A stretch of 64,000 nt of DNA from Macrostomum lignano (GCA_002269645.1 NIVC01000013.1:930001-994000), one strand, 5' to 3'. Counted from the stretch's first letter, positions 20,372 to 32,551 are shown. Notes: generated from the letters alone by a model not told the origin. Numbers and translations are program-made.

Positions 20372-22442
20372 CTAGCCCCTGGCGACCAAAGACTTCCATC
20401 GAAGTGACGTACGTCGCTCAGGGGGACCCGTCAGTCTCGCCTGCAGCGCGGTCCTCCTCACCGGTGGTGGGGAAGAACTCAGCTCGACCCGTGTCCCTGA
20501 GGTACCGGGCGAGCAGCGGGATGCTCTCGGGCCTGCAAACGTCGGAGAGAACCGGGTTTGGCCCGAGGTGAGTGAGCCTGGCCCTGGTGAAAACCGCGGG
20601 CAGTGGCAGATAAAGTGCTCGGCGTTTTCACTGCCTGAGCGGCAGAAGGGGCACCGCTCCTCGGGTACTTGGCCCTGAAGGAAGCGGTGGCGAGAGAAGC
20701 AGCCATGCCCGGAGAGGGCCATGCTAACTGCTCTGAGGTCTCTGCGGTTGAGCCTGAGGAGGGCTCTACGCAGGAGAGGAGAGGGGCAGGGGACGGCCGC
20801 ACGGGATTGCCTACAATTCCGGGTGTCGTGCCACCTGCGGAGATGCTCGGAGTCAGTCCAGCGCTTAACGCGGGAGTTGATCACCGAGGCGGGGATGGGG
20901 GCTCCCAGGCCCGGCCCCAGCAGCGCGCCGGCGGAGCCAGCCTTGGCCAGCAGGTCAGCGCGCTCGTTGCCGACGAAGCCGGCGTGGCCCGGGATCCATC
21001 TGAGCTCCACCTGGTTGCCTAGCGCAAGCCCGTTGAGCTGGGTGTTGCAGTCCAGGACGGACCTGGAGCTGGCGGTGCTGCGGCAGAGGGATTGAGTCCG
21101 TGAGGATGTTAAGCCCGCCACACTCCTCGAGAGCCTTGAGGCAGAGGTCAGAGTGCGGGATAAGCGACCGCTTCTTAAAGGCCCGCACTTTTTTGAAGGC
21201 CACCCCAGCATCCAGAAGACGCCGGGTGCTCTTCGCCGCCTCTCCTTTGATATAAATATCCAGAGGAGGGGCACAGAGGAAGGAATTCATGCCTTCAAAA
21301 GGAGTAGAGGGTGGAGCGCCCATAGTCATGCGGCAGGCTCTGCCATGGATTTTGTAGAGAGCGTCGAGGTTGCTCTTGACGCCCAGACCGCTAGCCCACA
21401 CGAGGCTGGCGTAACTGATCGAGGGGCGGATAATGGCAGTGTAAATCCACCACAGCTTCCTGGGGGTGAGCCCCCAGGTGGTGCCCACGGCGCGCCTGAT
21501 CTGAGCCAGTACAGCCAGGGCTTTTTTGGCTTTAGTTTGAATGTGCGGAGTCCAGTTGAGCCTGTGGTCCAGAGTGAGGCCCGGGCAGCGGACCTGCTTC
21601 TCCAAGCTTTAGTTTGAATGTGCGGAGTCCAGTTGAGCCTGTGGTCCAGAGTGAGGCCCGGGCAGCGGACCTGCTTCTCCAAGCTTTAGTTTGAATGTGC
21701 GGAGTCCAGTTGAGCCTGTGGTCCAGAGTGAGGCCCGGGCAGCGGACCTGCTTCTCCAAGCTTTAGTTTGAATGTGCGGAGTCCAGTTGAGCCTGTGGTC
21801 CAGAGTGAGGCCCGGGCAGCGGACCTGCTTCTCCAAGCTTTAGTTTGAATGTGCGGAGTCCAGTTGAGCCTGTGGTCCAGAGTGAGGCCCGGGCAGCGGA
21901 CCTGCTTCTCCAAGCTTTAGTTTGAATGTGCGGAGTCCAGTTGAGCCTGTGGTCCAGAGTGAGGCCCGGGCAGCGGACCTGCTTCTCCATGGAAATGTTC
22001 TTTCCATAGAGGGTGAGGGGCTTAATGGTCCAGATCAGTTTGTTGATAAACATGACCGCTGTGGTTTTCGACTCTGAGAGTCTAAGGCCACATTGGTTTG
22101 CCCAACGCTCCGCTCGTCCTAGAAAGCCCTGCAGAAGGTCTCTGATGGTATCAACCGAGGAGCCCGCGCATATCGCGGTCACATCATCGGCATAGCCCAC
22201 CTTGAGAATGGGGTCGTGGAGATCACTGCAAAGCAACTCATCCATGACCATGTTCCAGAGAACGGGCGTGAGAACTCCGCCCTGGGGCCCCCTTTCTGGA
22301 CAGGCGCCGAAGGAGAGCTGCCGTTCAGGTGGGCCACAACAGTGCGGTTCCGGATCATGAACATGATCCACCGGACAAGGTGAGGGTGTGTGGCCCTGGA
22401 TTCCAGGGCTCTGCAAAAGGCCTCGAAGATGACGTTGTCGAA
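20372..22442 (-). mobile_element. 5'-truncated, decayed non-LTR retrotransposon (RT + RNase H + CCHC; LOA/Lian-like, I group)
   Basis: RT motifs FDNV, PQGGVLTPVLWN, VGYADDV, LTLDHRLNW..H and WGL.P....WIYTAIIRPSISYASLVW. RNase H C-terminal half VELRWIPGHAGFVGNERADLLAK. Zinc knuckle CPFC...ENAEHFICHC. Several frameshifts. Clade assignment is from motif memory. Confidence 0.92.
21529..21989. repeat. Six tandem copies of a 77-bp segment of the RT coding region
   Basis: Units start at 21529, 21606, 21683, 21760, 21837 and 21914. Confidence 0.95.
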
Positions 22443-22560
22443 CCAAGGGGCGCCAGCACCAAGGGGCGCCAGCACCAAGGGGCGCCAGCACCAAGGGGCG
22501 CCAGCACCAAGGGGCGCCAGCACCAAAAGGCCCCTTGGCGACGTCCCTTGGTGCTGGCCA
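22443..22560. repeat. 16-bp GC-rich repeat (ccaaggggcgccagca) x5 plus an inverted partial copy at the retroelement 5' junction
   Basis: ccttggtgctggc near 22546-22558 is the reverse complement of gccagcaccaagg. Confidence 0.85.
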
Positions 22561-23105
22561 TGATGAGGTAGGCATTAAAATTATTAGAAAAAAACGGTGT
22601 TATATACACACTACTGGTGTAGACGAGGGTATGTTTGGACTTTTTCTATCTTTTTGTCAGTAGTCAGCTGTAGTCCTAAAAGGTTGACCGTGATTATCTT
22701 CAGGCTCTGACTTTAGATTGACAGAAAATTATAGAAGATCTCCGGCTATTATTGCAGGGCTCGATTCGGGAAGCTGATTGATGAAGCTGGATGGTGAAGT
22801 TGGATAGGTGGCTAGATGAAGAAGCTGGATGGGGAATCTTGATAGGGAAGCTGGATGGGATAGCTAGGTGGGGATGCTGGATGCTGAAGCTGGATGGAGA
22901 GCTCAGCTTTCAGACTACTTCAACAAGCCATTTTGAGTCAAAAGAGAGTCCAGTCCTGTATGAGGATATGTTCCACGCATCAATCGGCAACACAACTAGC
23001 CAATATGCCCTAGTCGCTGTATATTCAGCCATCGATATCTCAGCCAAAATGAAGTTGCTTCATCTGTTCTGCCACAGTTTCTAATGCGTCAATTAAGCGG
23101 TCCAG

Positions 23106-26100
23106 TCACGGGCAGGAGACGCCCAGGTACCAAATCGAGGCCAAACCGCCGCCCGGTGGATTCGCCGAACCAATCATCTGGCAGCTCTGCCCGCCGCCGC
23201 CGCACGACGAGCCTCCAGCGCCTCCGGCATCAGCGTAGGCGCCGCCCGAGCCGCCGCCGGAGAAGCCGCCACCTCCACCAGCCGATCCGTTGACTGAACC
23301 GGCGCCGCCGCCACCGAAGCCGCCGTCGAAGCCGCCTGGGCCACCGCCGAGCCAGTTCTGGCTGCCGGACAGGCCCGGCATGGCGTCGCCAGCGACGGTG
23401 ACGAGGCTGGCGGCGGAGGCGGCGCCCAGCCAGCCGGCGCCTGGGCCGCCTCGAGCTCGGTCGGCGGCGATTCTCGAACCGGCGGCCCCGGCGGAGCCGT
23501 TGGCGCCGCCCGGCCCGGCCTGGGTGGACATCAGGCTGTCCGACTGCGTGCCGTCGATGCCGCCTGTGGCGTTGATGCCTGGAGATCGACGATGAAAGAG
23601 TTGCCATGTCAATTATAGAAGATTCTCATGGGGACATTGCTGAGATGCCAAGGCTCATGGGGGACATTGCTGAGATGTCAAGGCTCATGGGGACATTGCT
23701 GAGATGCCAAGGCTCATGGGGACATTGCTGAGATGCCAAGGCTCATGGGGGACATTGCTGAGATGTCAAGGCTCATGGGGGACATTGCTGAGATGCCAAG
23801 GCTCATGGGGGACATTGCTGAGATGTCAAGGCTCATGGGGACATTGCTGAGATGTCAAGGCTCATGGGGGACATTGCTGAGATGTCAAGGCTCATGGGGA
23901 CATTGCTGAGATGTCAAGGCTCATGGGGGACATTGCTGAGATGCCAAGGCTCATGGGGGACATTGCTGAGATGTCAAGGCTCATGGGGACATTGCTGAGA
24001 TGTCAAGGCTCATGGGGGACATTGCTGAGATGTCAAGGCTCATGGGGACATTGCTGAGATGTCAAGGCTCATGGGGACATTGCTGAGATGTCAAGGCTCA
24101 TGGGGGACATTGCTGAGATGTCAAGGCTCATGGGGACATTGCTGAGATGTCAAGGCTCATGGGGACATTGCTGAGATGTCAAGGCTCATGGGGGACATTG
24201 CTGAGATGTCAAGGCTCATGGGGGACATTGCTGAGATGTCAAGGCTCATGGGGGACATTGCTGAAATGCTTGGCTTATAGGGGGTTGCTCAAATGCTTTA
24301 AGCCTAAGCTCATTGAGGATCTGCTGGTATCTTTGATTTTTGCTTTGAAAATTTTAAATTTTGGGTGTCAGGTTTTTCCGAAATAAATACATTACATAGT
24401 TAAGAGGTTTTCATTTTTCAGAGCTAAATTGTTATTGCTTTCGATAGAAGGCAGACCTGCAGTGTTCATATTTTGAAATATTTTGCCTTTATTAAAGCTC
24501 TATTGACAGCTAAGACTGCTAACAATAGATTCATAAAAAATAGATTCTAAATCGAGCCATGCCATTTTACTGATTTTACTGCAAGGTAAAGTATAAATTC
24601 AAACCATCACAGTTCAGCTATCCAATTCGGCTCTCTCACCCGCTTTCACACTCGACGCACCGCCTCCGCCTCCGGCTGCCACAAGCAGCTGAAGCAACGT
24701 CGAACCATGAGCGGTTTGCAGCCAGACAAAGCTGCCGCCTCCGCCGCCACCGCCGCCGCCAGACATTCCACCGTCCGACGTGGCCGCGGTGCCGTCTCGT
24801 CCAGGTAGCAGGGCCACGCTCTGACCAGCCGAGAGTAGGAAGTCGCCTCGAACGCTGGCTCCCCAGCCGCCTTGAAGCAGTTTATTGGCGCTGGAGTCAT
24901 AGCAGGATCCGCCAGCCGCACCCAACGCCGAGATGCGATAGCAACCACTGACTGGAACTGTCACCTGATAGACAGTTCCGTTTCGGCTTGGCGTTGAACC
25001 GCCTGAATAAAATTAATAGTATACAGAAGCATGGTTCGATGCAATTTATAAATGCACATGGAACAGCTGGTTTCTCTTTAATCAAATACGTGGCGCTGAT
25101 ATGAATGATTTGTCCTGGGTGTGAATCGCCCCACAAGCCCTTGATTCCTAGGCTTGATTCCTAGGCTGTCTATACGTCTATATAATGGCCGTCTATATAG
25201 CCAAACCTCACTAAAAATGAAGCCTGAAAACTCAAAACGAGGCCAATTAACCAGTTCACAGGCCTGATATCTGTAGATTCAGTACGATCTTTGTCTGTTC
25301 CTGTGGTTTCTAAGGCCTCGGCCTTTCGCTGCTGGCATAGGAACGTGCATCTGCATTTTCGCATGCACGCAAATCTTTAATCTTTAAGAATTTTTTAATT
25401 TCACTTTTTTCTAAGCTTAAAATTTCATACAAATATTACAACTAATTTGTATTTAACGTGATTAATCGTCTAATGCAATCGACGCAATGAATAATACATA
25501 ATAGACTTTGTTTAATCGGTCAAAATCGACAACGGCTATCGTCCTGTAGCTGTCGACTCCAGTCGTCAATGTGTCGTCGCTGCTAATTTTTCCCAGCGGG
25601 ACCAAAAGAACAGAAAAGAGTATATACTTCAAATCGGTGCGCAGCCGTTAGCAGTTTGGACAAACCATAGAAAGACAACAGAAATCAATTTGGTTTTCAA
25701 CTGCGAGCTATTCGGGCCACAGCAGGAAGACTCTACTATAAAGTAGAGTGGCGCAGAGAGGCCATACACTAAAATCAGTCTAGCAGACAGAGATAGATAG
25801 TGAATGCATACGTTTGACATTTTGATGTTCGTTAAAAAAACCTATAATTGATAGCAAATAAACCTGGTGATTTTATCTATTCATGGCTTGGCTCTTGTAG
25901 CTTTCTAAAGGAGTAGTAATAGACCGACGCTTGTCCATGTCGCTGACGTCACTCACCGGAAACATTTGCCCAAAGAGCATCCGATGGGCCAACAGCCGAG
26001 TTAGGAATTCCGATGCTATCAGCCACGTCCGACCAAACTTCGACGCCTGGACTAAATGCAAGCGCCTCGAGCGTCTGGTTGACAGAAGCAAAACCAGTCG

Positions 26101-26374
26101 GTGTCGAACTGGTCGGATTGAAGTACAAAGTGCAGTTGCCGTTCAGCCGACTGTAGGTCAGGGCTAAGCAGCGAGTTGCAGTGCCGCCACGGCTGCACAG
26201 CGAGGCGCAGACGAGGCGACTCTTCACAGACAGGCGAGTCACGACAGACACAGTTAGCTTAGGCGAGTAGGCGAGGCTGTCCCGGCGGAGCAGCTGCTGC
26301 TGGAGACAATCGGTTGCCAGGGGCAACAGAAGAGAACTGAGAACAAAAAGAGCTTGAAGCGTCAGTGAAGCCAT
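23106..26374 (-). CDS. Secreted protein with PAN/apple-like domain and ALK/LTK-type glycine-rich domain, no TM or kinase; complement(join(23106..23578,24640..25002,25957..26374)), 417 aa
   Basis: Signal peptide, then PAN-like VCASLC..CLALTY..NCTLY. Glycine-rich-domain motifs VTVPVSGCYRISALGAAGG, GASVRGDFLLSAG, GGGGGSFV, LLVAAGGGGGA, GGFGGGG, GGGGGFSGG. Both introns are phase 1 with GTGAG donors; 1254 nt in frame. Confidence 0.85.
23626..24265. repeat. 29/30-bp minisatellite (catggggacattgctgagatgtcaaggct) in intron 2 of the glycine-rich gene
   Basis: Direct inspection. Confidence 0.95.
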
Positions 26375-27024
26375 GATGTTGCACTACCTCGCTGCAGGAA
26401 GGGATAAAGCCCGCCCAGATGGGCCCAAGCACCTTTTATGTTAACACGGTCGGCGCAGAGTTTTCTCAGAAAGCGTGCAGCGTTGCCAAGGGCAACACCA
26501 AGCTGTAGTTGATTAATGCAAACGATCAAACACGTCTAGTTGAGGCAGAAATTTAGCTTAGCAAGAGAAGCAAAGTCCCGGTTCGTGCAGTTGATTGAGC
26601 ATCAATAATTTACTTGGCATTGGGTGGCTAAGGGAGACTCAGAAGGCTCACCCTTGCGCACAAAAGTCGTTTAAGACGACGCATTAAGTTTTTAATTACT
26701 AAAAGCAACAGGTTAGAGCCACTCAACTAGGAACAACTCCAAAATGTCTTGCAATCCACGCGGCAGGAAGGAGTAGGGAACACCGACTGCGGCTTCAATA
26801 TAAACCAGTTAAAAATCGATTCATTGCTATTAAAGTAATTGGCTTGCAATAACATCTGGTAACGAGCGAGTTAACATGTATATTGATTAAAGAAAATTAC
26901 ACTAATATTGAAATTTTCTGAAGAGAATTTTAATCCAGAAAAAACATGAGCACGATTTTTATTTTGGTTTTTAGAGCTGATGAAACATTCAGCATCTACA
27001 GAAAGGGCCATAAAGACAGTGAAA

Positions 27025-28232
27025 AGTGACTCTAGCAGTATGAGTAGTTCTCGGTTACTCTAGCAGTAGCAAGGGAGTAACAGTGACTCTAGCAGTAGGA
27101 GTAGCAGTGACTCTAGCAGTAGGAGTAGTTCTCAGTGACTCTAGCAGTAGGGGTAGTTCTCAGTGACTCTAGCAGTAGGAGTAGCAGTGACACTAGCAGT
27201 AGGAGTAGTTCTCAGTGACTCTAGCAGTAGGAGTAGTTCTCAGTGACTCTAGCAGTAGGAGTAGCAGTGACTCTAGCAGTAGGAGTAGTTCTCAGTGACT
27301 CTAGCAGTAGGGGTAGTTCTCAGTGACTCTAGCAGTAGGAGTAGCAGTGACTCTAGCAGTAGGAGTAGAAGTACCTCTAGCAGTAAGAGTAGTTCTCAGT
27401 GACTCTAGCAGTAGGAGTAGCAGTGACTCTAGCGGTAGGAGTAGTTCTCAGTGACTCTAGCAGTAGGGGTAGTTCTCAGTGACTCTAGCAGTAGGAGTAG
27501 CAGTGACTCTAGCAGTAGGAGTAGTTCTCAGTGACTCTAGCAGTAGGAGTAGTTCTTAGTGACTCTAGCAGTAGGGGTAGCAGTGACTCTAGCAGTAGGG
27601 GTAGTTCTCAGTGACTCTAGCAGTAGGAGTAGCAGTGACTCTAGCAGTAGGAGTAGTTCTCAGTGACTCTAGCAGTAGGGGTAGTTCTCAGTGACTCTAG
27701 CAGTAGGAGTAGCAGTGACTCTAGCAGTAGGGGTAGTTCTCAGTGACTCTAGCAGTAAGAGTAGCAGTGACTCTAGCAGTAGGAGTAGCAGTGACTCTAG
27801 CAGTAAGAGTAGCAGTGACTCTAGCAGTAAGAGTAGCAGTGACTCTAGCAGTAAGAGTAGCAGTGACTCTAGCAGTAGGAGTAGCAGTGACTCTAGCAGT
27901 AAGAGTAGCAGTGACTCTAGCAGTAGGAGTAGCAGTGACTCTAGCAGTAAGAGTAGCAGTGACTCTAGCAGTAAGAGTAGCAGTGACTCTAGCAGTAAGA
28001 GTAGCAGTGACTCTAGCAGTAAGAGTAGCAGTGACTCTAGCAGTAGGAGTAGCAGTGACTCTAGCAGTAGGAGTAGCAGTGACTCTAGCAGTAGGAGTAG
28101 TTCTCAGTGACTCTAGCAGTAGGAGTAGCAGTGACTCTAGCAGTAGGAGTAGTTCTCAGGGACTCTAGCAGTAGGAGTAGTTCTCAGTGACTCTAGCAGT
28201 AGGAGTAGCAGTGACTCTAGCAGTAAGAGTAG
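27025..28232. repeat. 24/28-bp minisatellite (agcagtgactctagcagtaggagt)
   Basis: Direct inspection; source of the spurious Ser-rich and Val/Ala ORFs 27691.. and 27743.. Confidence 0.95.
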
Positions 28233-28636
28233 CTAGAATTCTAGGAGAATTGGCAGCTTCCTACTAAGAAGACATTTAAGTTTGTCTGACCTTGTGTTCC
28301 ATTAATGCATGGAGCAAAGCACAGAAACTTCATGAGAACTTTCACATTGTCGGAATTCTCTATAAAAAATCGATCCAAGGTCACAGTAGGGACTGCGCGG
28401 AAAAAATGGCTGAGTAATTAGCACTGGGACTGTCTAATTATGTCCAACCGCCAATGTACACTTGGTGTACATTTCAGCGGAGCTAAAGATCGATTCCAAT
28501 TCTAAGGGGTGAACGCGTTGTAATTAAATACCGTGGCCAGAGCCCTCTGTATCACCCAGGTATTGGCCGTATTTTTGAGACGTGGAGCAGTTTGTTGTGT
28601 TTCCTAAACAAAAATATATAGGAAACAATACGGAAC

Positions 28637-31600
28637 ATGGCAATGCAACGCAGCAGTGTCTCAACAAGCGCTAGCAAGCAGCAGAAAATTCAACAGCTCC
28701 AGTCCTCGCTGACTCCAGCTGGCGATCCTCCAATAATTGGCGTCTCCGGCGACAACATGCTGGATAGAATGTCACCCTGTCCTGCTGATTCCGGCGTTGT
28801 GGAGGTTAAACGACCTGTGTATTCTCAGGTAAATCTATTTACAATATTGTCCAAATCGTAAAGTTTCGCCTCCTCAACTGTTTTCATGCTTACATTTCCA
28901 ATTTATTTGCAACTCATCTACATCACAAATTAATGTTGTGAAAAAGCGGACCGTCTACTCTTTTCAGTAGTTAGTCTGCGCAGTGTCGCTTAAATTTAAT
29001 GTTGTGGCAGCTAAAATTTCCTTTCCTCCCTTGGGGTTTGCAGTCTCAGAAGCTTCTGGGGGTAAGAAAAACAACAAGCTTTTAACTAGATCTACACAAG
29101 TGAACGCAAGAAGGACGAAACTTCGCCTAGGAAGAGGCCCAATCTGGCTCAGCCAATGAGAGAGCAGTAGGGAGAGAGGTCAAAGTCAGACGGACGAAAC
29201 TTAGCCTAGGGGGAGGCCCAATTTAGCTCAGCCAATCAGAGCATTAAGGAGAGAGGTCAAAGTCAGAAGGACGAAACTCTGCCTAGAGGCTCGATCTACT
29301 TGAAGTAGCTCAGCCAATGGGAAAGCAGAAAGGACCAAACCCAGAAGGCGCGCGAGCCATTTCGGATAACTTTTGGTCACTCGGATATCGAATGCTTTCA
29401 ACGTGAGGCTAGGTGCAGGGCATTTTCGTCATCAGCAATGAACCTGTAAGCGGTCAGGCTATCCATTACAATCCCTGTCTGTAACACAAACGTTTTCCAG
29501 GCGAAATTCGACACAGCCTATCAAGAGACGGCCGCTTTGCAAGAGCGCCTGCTGCGAAAGAACTTCATCATCGACAGCGTCTTCGTACCCGGTGGCGAGC
29601 GAGGACGTCCAGCCAGCGTCGGCGGCGACGGTGGAGGCGGCGGTTGCTGCGGCGGCTGCCTGGCCTTCGTTGAGCGTTTTGTACCGTTTGTGCGCACCGT
29701 TCGCACCTACCAACCTCGCCAGCATCTGCCGCCGGACCTGATCTCTGGACTGTCAACTGGCGTCATGAGAATTCCCCAGAGTATGGCCTACTCTCTGCTA
29801 GCCTATCTGTCACCTGTGCACGGACTGTACACCGCATTCATTGCCGGCATGACCTATTGTCTGCTGGGAACTTCGCCGCATCTGGTGCTCACCTGTCAAG
29901 GCGTTGTGTCGCTGATGGTCGGTCAAGCCGCTTTCAGGTACGCGGAACGATCTGGCAGTAATTTGACAACAGCTCTAGCAGGTGTTAATCATACTGACAC
30001 TAGCCTAGAGTTGCTCGATCAGCAGCTGATAATGAATGCGGTAGCCGTGACAACGCTGCTTGTCGGTATCTATCAGCTGGTATTCGGCTGCCTACGTCTC
30101 GGCATGCTCACAAATTATCTCAGCGATCCTCTGGTCGGCGGCTTCACCACCGGAGCCGCTGTCGAGGTGGTCATTAGTCAGTTATCAGCCATGCTGGGCT
30201 GTCCTATTCGAGTGCCAAAGTCCACTCCCCCGCCGGGAGCGCTGGGAAACTTTAAAATATTGTACTTCGCATTGGCCAGCCTGCCCAGCTACAACTGGCC
30301 TACAGTCGGTCTGTCTGCCGTGTCCATCGGTTTCCTTGCGCTAACGAAGCTGATCAGCGCTCGACTGTCGGAGCGTCGCTTCTGCCAGGTCCCCGTGCCT
30401 GGCGAGCTCATCCTGGTGGTTGCGACAACCGTGCTGGCGTCTGCAGGCCAGCTGGATGGCCTGAGCATCGGTCAAGTTGGCCCGGTGCCCCGCGGCTTCG
30501 CACCGCTCCGGGTGCCGCCGCTGACGTCAACGGTGGACGCCGGCCTAGTCCAGGACTGCGCAGTGGTGGCCATTGTGGGCTTCACTGTGGCTCTGTCTGT
30601 GGCTAAGAAGTTCGCTTTGCAGTACGACACAGAGCTGGACGCCAATCAGGAGTTCTTCGCCTACGGCGCTGGCAACGTCCTGGGCTCGTTTGCCGGCTGC
30701 TTCGCTTCGACGAGTTCAATGTCCTGCTCGGCGCTGCACGAATCACTAGGCGGCCGCAGCCAGGTGGCGAATTTGATCGCCTCCGGCCTGGTGCTGCTCA
30801 CCATACTGTTCCTCGGGCCGTGCTTCTCCACCACGCCAAGCTGTGTTCTGTCCGCCATCATTCTGGTTAACTTGAAGAGCATGCTCTGGCAGTTCGGCGA
30901 CGTGCCCCAGCTGTGGCGGGTCAGCAAGATCGACTTCCTGCTGTGGATGGTGACGTTCGTGTCTGTGGTGTGCTTCAAAGTGGACACGGGGCTCATCATT
31001 GGTGTCGCCTTCTCCCTGCTGACCATCGTGTTCCGGTCGCAGTGGCCCTACGCCTGCGTACTCGGGCGCATTCCCCACACGGACATCTACAAGAACCTGG
31101 CTGTGACGCCCGACGCTTGCGAAATCGACGGAGTGAAGATTTTTCGATATGAAGGCTCGCTGTACTTCGCATCAGCTGATCACTTCCGCGACAGTCTGTA
31201 CCGTCTGACAGGGTGCAACCCGCGACAGCTGGCGCTGAAGCGTCTGGCCTATAATAGGAATCTGCGCCAGCTGAGAGTCACAGTTGAAGAGGCCATGCCT
31301 GCGCTTCACGGAGCCGGCGGAAGCGGCGGCGGCGGCGGCGGCGGCGGAGGTGTCACCGTCGACTATGGAGCGCTGCGACCGTCAGCGAGTCTGCATCACG
31401 TGATTCTGGACTTCTCTTGCTGCAGCTTCATTGACTCGGTGAGTTATAGAGACTTTTATAATCTAATGATTGATAAACAACTAGGCAGCATGGAGATACC
31501 AATCCGATACCAGAGATACCAGAGATACCATGGAGATACCAGATGCAAACAACGAGTCATTGCAAACAACTCACTGGTGACTCTAGCGACCTAGGGTGAA

Positions 31601-32420
31601 TCTTGTGACTTTTTAACGGATCAAACGACTGTAATGCAACGGAGAGCTAGGAGAATCGTAAGTCGTAGAGTCGTAGAAGTTAGACTAAATAGTGTTGTTA
31701 TAAATAAGAAATGCAATTCTAATTCATAAATTGACGCAGGTGCAGTACATGTAATTCTACAGCGACTCCAGCACGCCTCACATATACGACTCTATGAGAT
31801 AGAGACGCCTCACATGCCTCTCTATAAGAGGCATTATAGAAGCGCCCGTCGTTTCAGACTCGCATACAATAATTTAAAGGCCTGTTTAAAAATTACCTGC
31901 AAAGACTCTGAACACAACTTTTTGTTTTGGCTATGTTTTTTTTCGCACCTGCATACAGGTCGGCATTCGAATGCTCAACCGGGTGCTAGCAGACTATTCA
32001 GAGGCTGGAGTGACAGTTTACCTGTCAAACACCAGAGCGGCTGTCCGCTTCATGCTGAGCAAACCGGGTGCCAGCCAGGTGAACCCAGCCCGGCTGTACC
32101 TCACCAACCACGACGCCGTGGTGGCAGCGCTGACCGAGGCTCGCAAGCTGGAGGAGATGCAGTGGCTAGAGTTCGACTCCCGGCAACGCCGCCTGCACTT
32201 CGAAGCAACCGCGTTCTCGGCTGCGTCGACTTCCGCCGCCGCCGCCGCCTCCGCGAGACGGCACCACGTGTCCAGGTTAGCCAGCGAAGTCGGGCAAGAG
32301 GAATTCCAAGACAGCAGCGAGGAGGACGAGGAGGAATCGAACCCGGAGCTGCTGCTGTTGAATGGCAGCGGCGAGCGGGTCCGCCGACTGCAGTGGCAGC
32401 GGTCGCGCACAGCCAACTGA
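28637..32420 (+). CDS. SLC26/SulP anion transporter with STAS domain (prestin/pendrin-like); join(28637..28828,29501..31438,31959..32420), 863 aa
   Basis: N-terminal VEVKRPVYSQ|AKF, DLISGLSTGVMRIPQSMAYSLLA, GLYTAF, GGFTTGAA, ANQEFFAYG. STAS motifs GVKIFRYEGSLYFAS and VILDFSCCSFIDS|VGIRML. Junctions CAG|GTAAAT, ttttccag, TCG|GTGAGT, atacag are all phase 0. Orthology to a specific SLC26A member not determined. Confidence 0.95.
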
Positions 32421-32551
32421 TCGAGTTGAGAAATCAATTGACAAATCAGCACCATATGAACCATACTAATCGCACGCTTTTAAGCCACAATAAGCTACAG
32501 TCGTTTCGTAAATGTTGCTTTTCGTCGTTTTCCTGTGTTTTAGTACTGACT

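Noticed and set aside
20031-20375. 114-aa plus-strand ORF and other antisense ORFs over GC-rich genes (20479.., 29459.., 30661.., 35509..)
   Set aside because: Shadow ORFs of GC-rich coding or TE sequence with no recognisable motifs.
25140-25165. 13-bp direct duplication cttgattcctagg x2
   Set aside because: Intronic with no functional consequence; could be slippage or an old footprint, and cannot be distinguished.
31439-31594. C-terminus of ORF 29537..31594 as the SLC26 end
   Set aside because: Read-through into the intron after the GTGAGT donor at 31439; STAS continues in exon 31959-32420.
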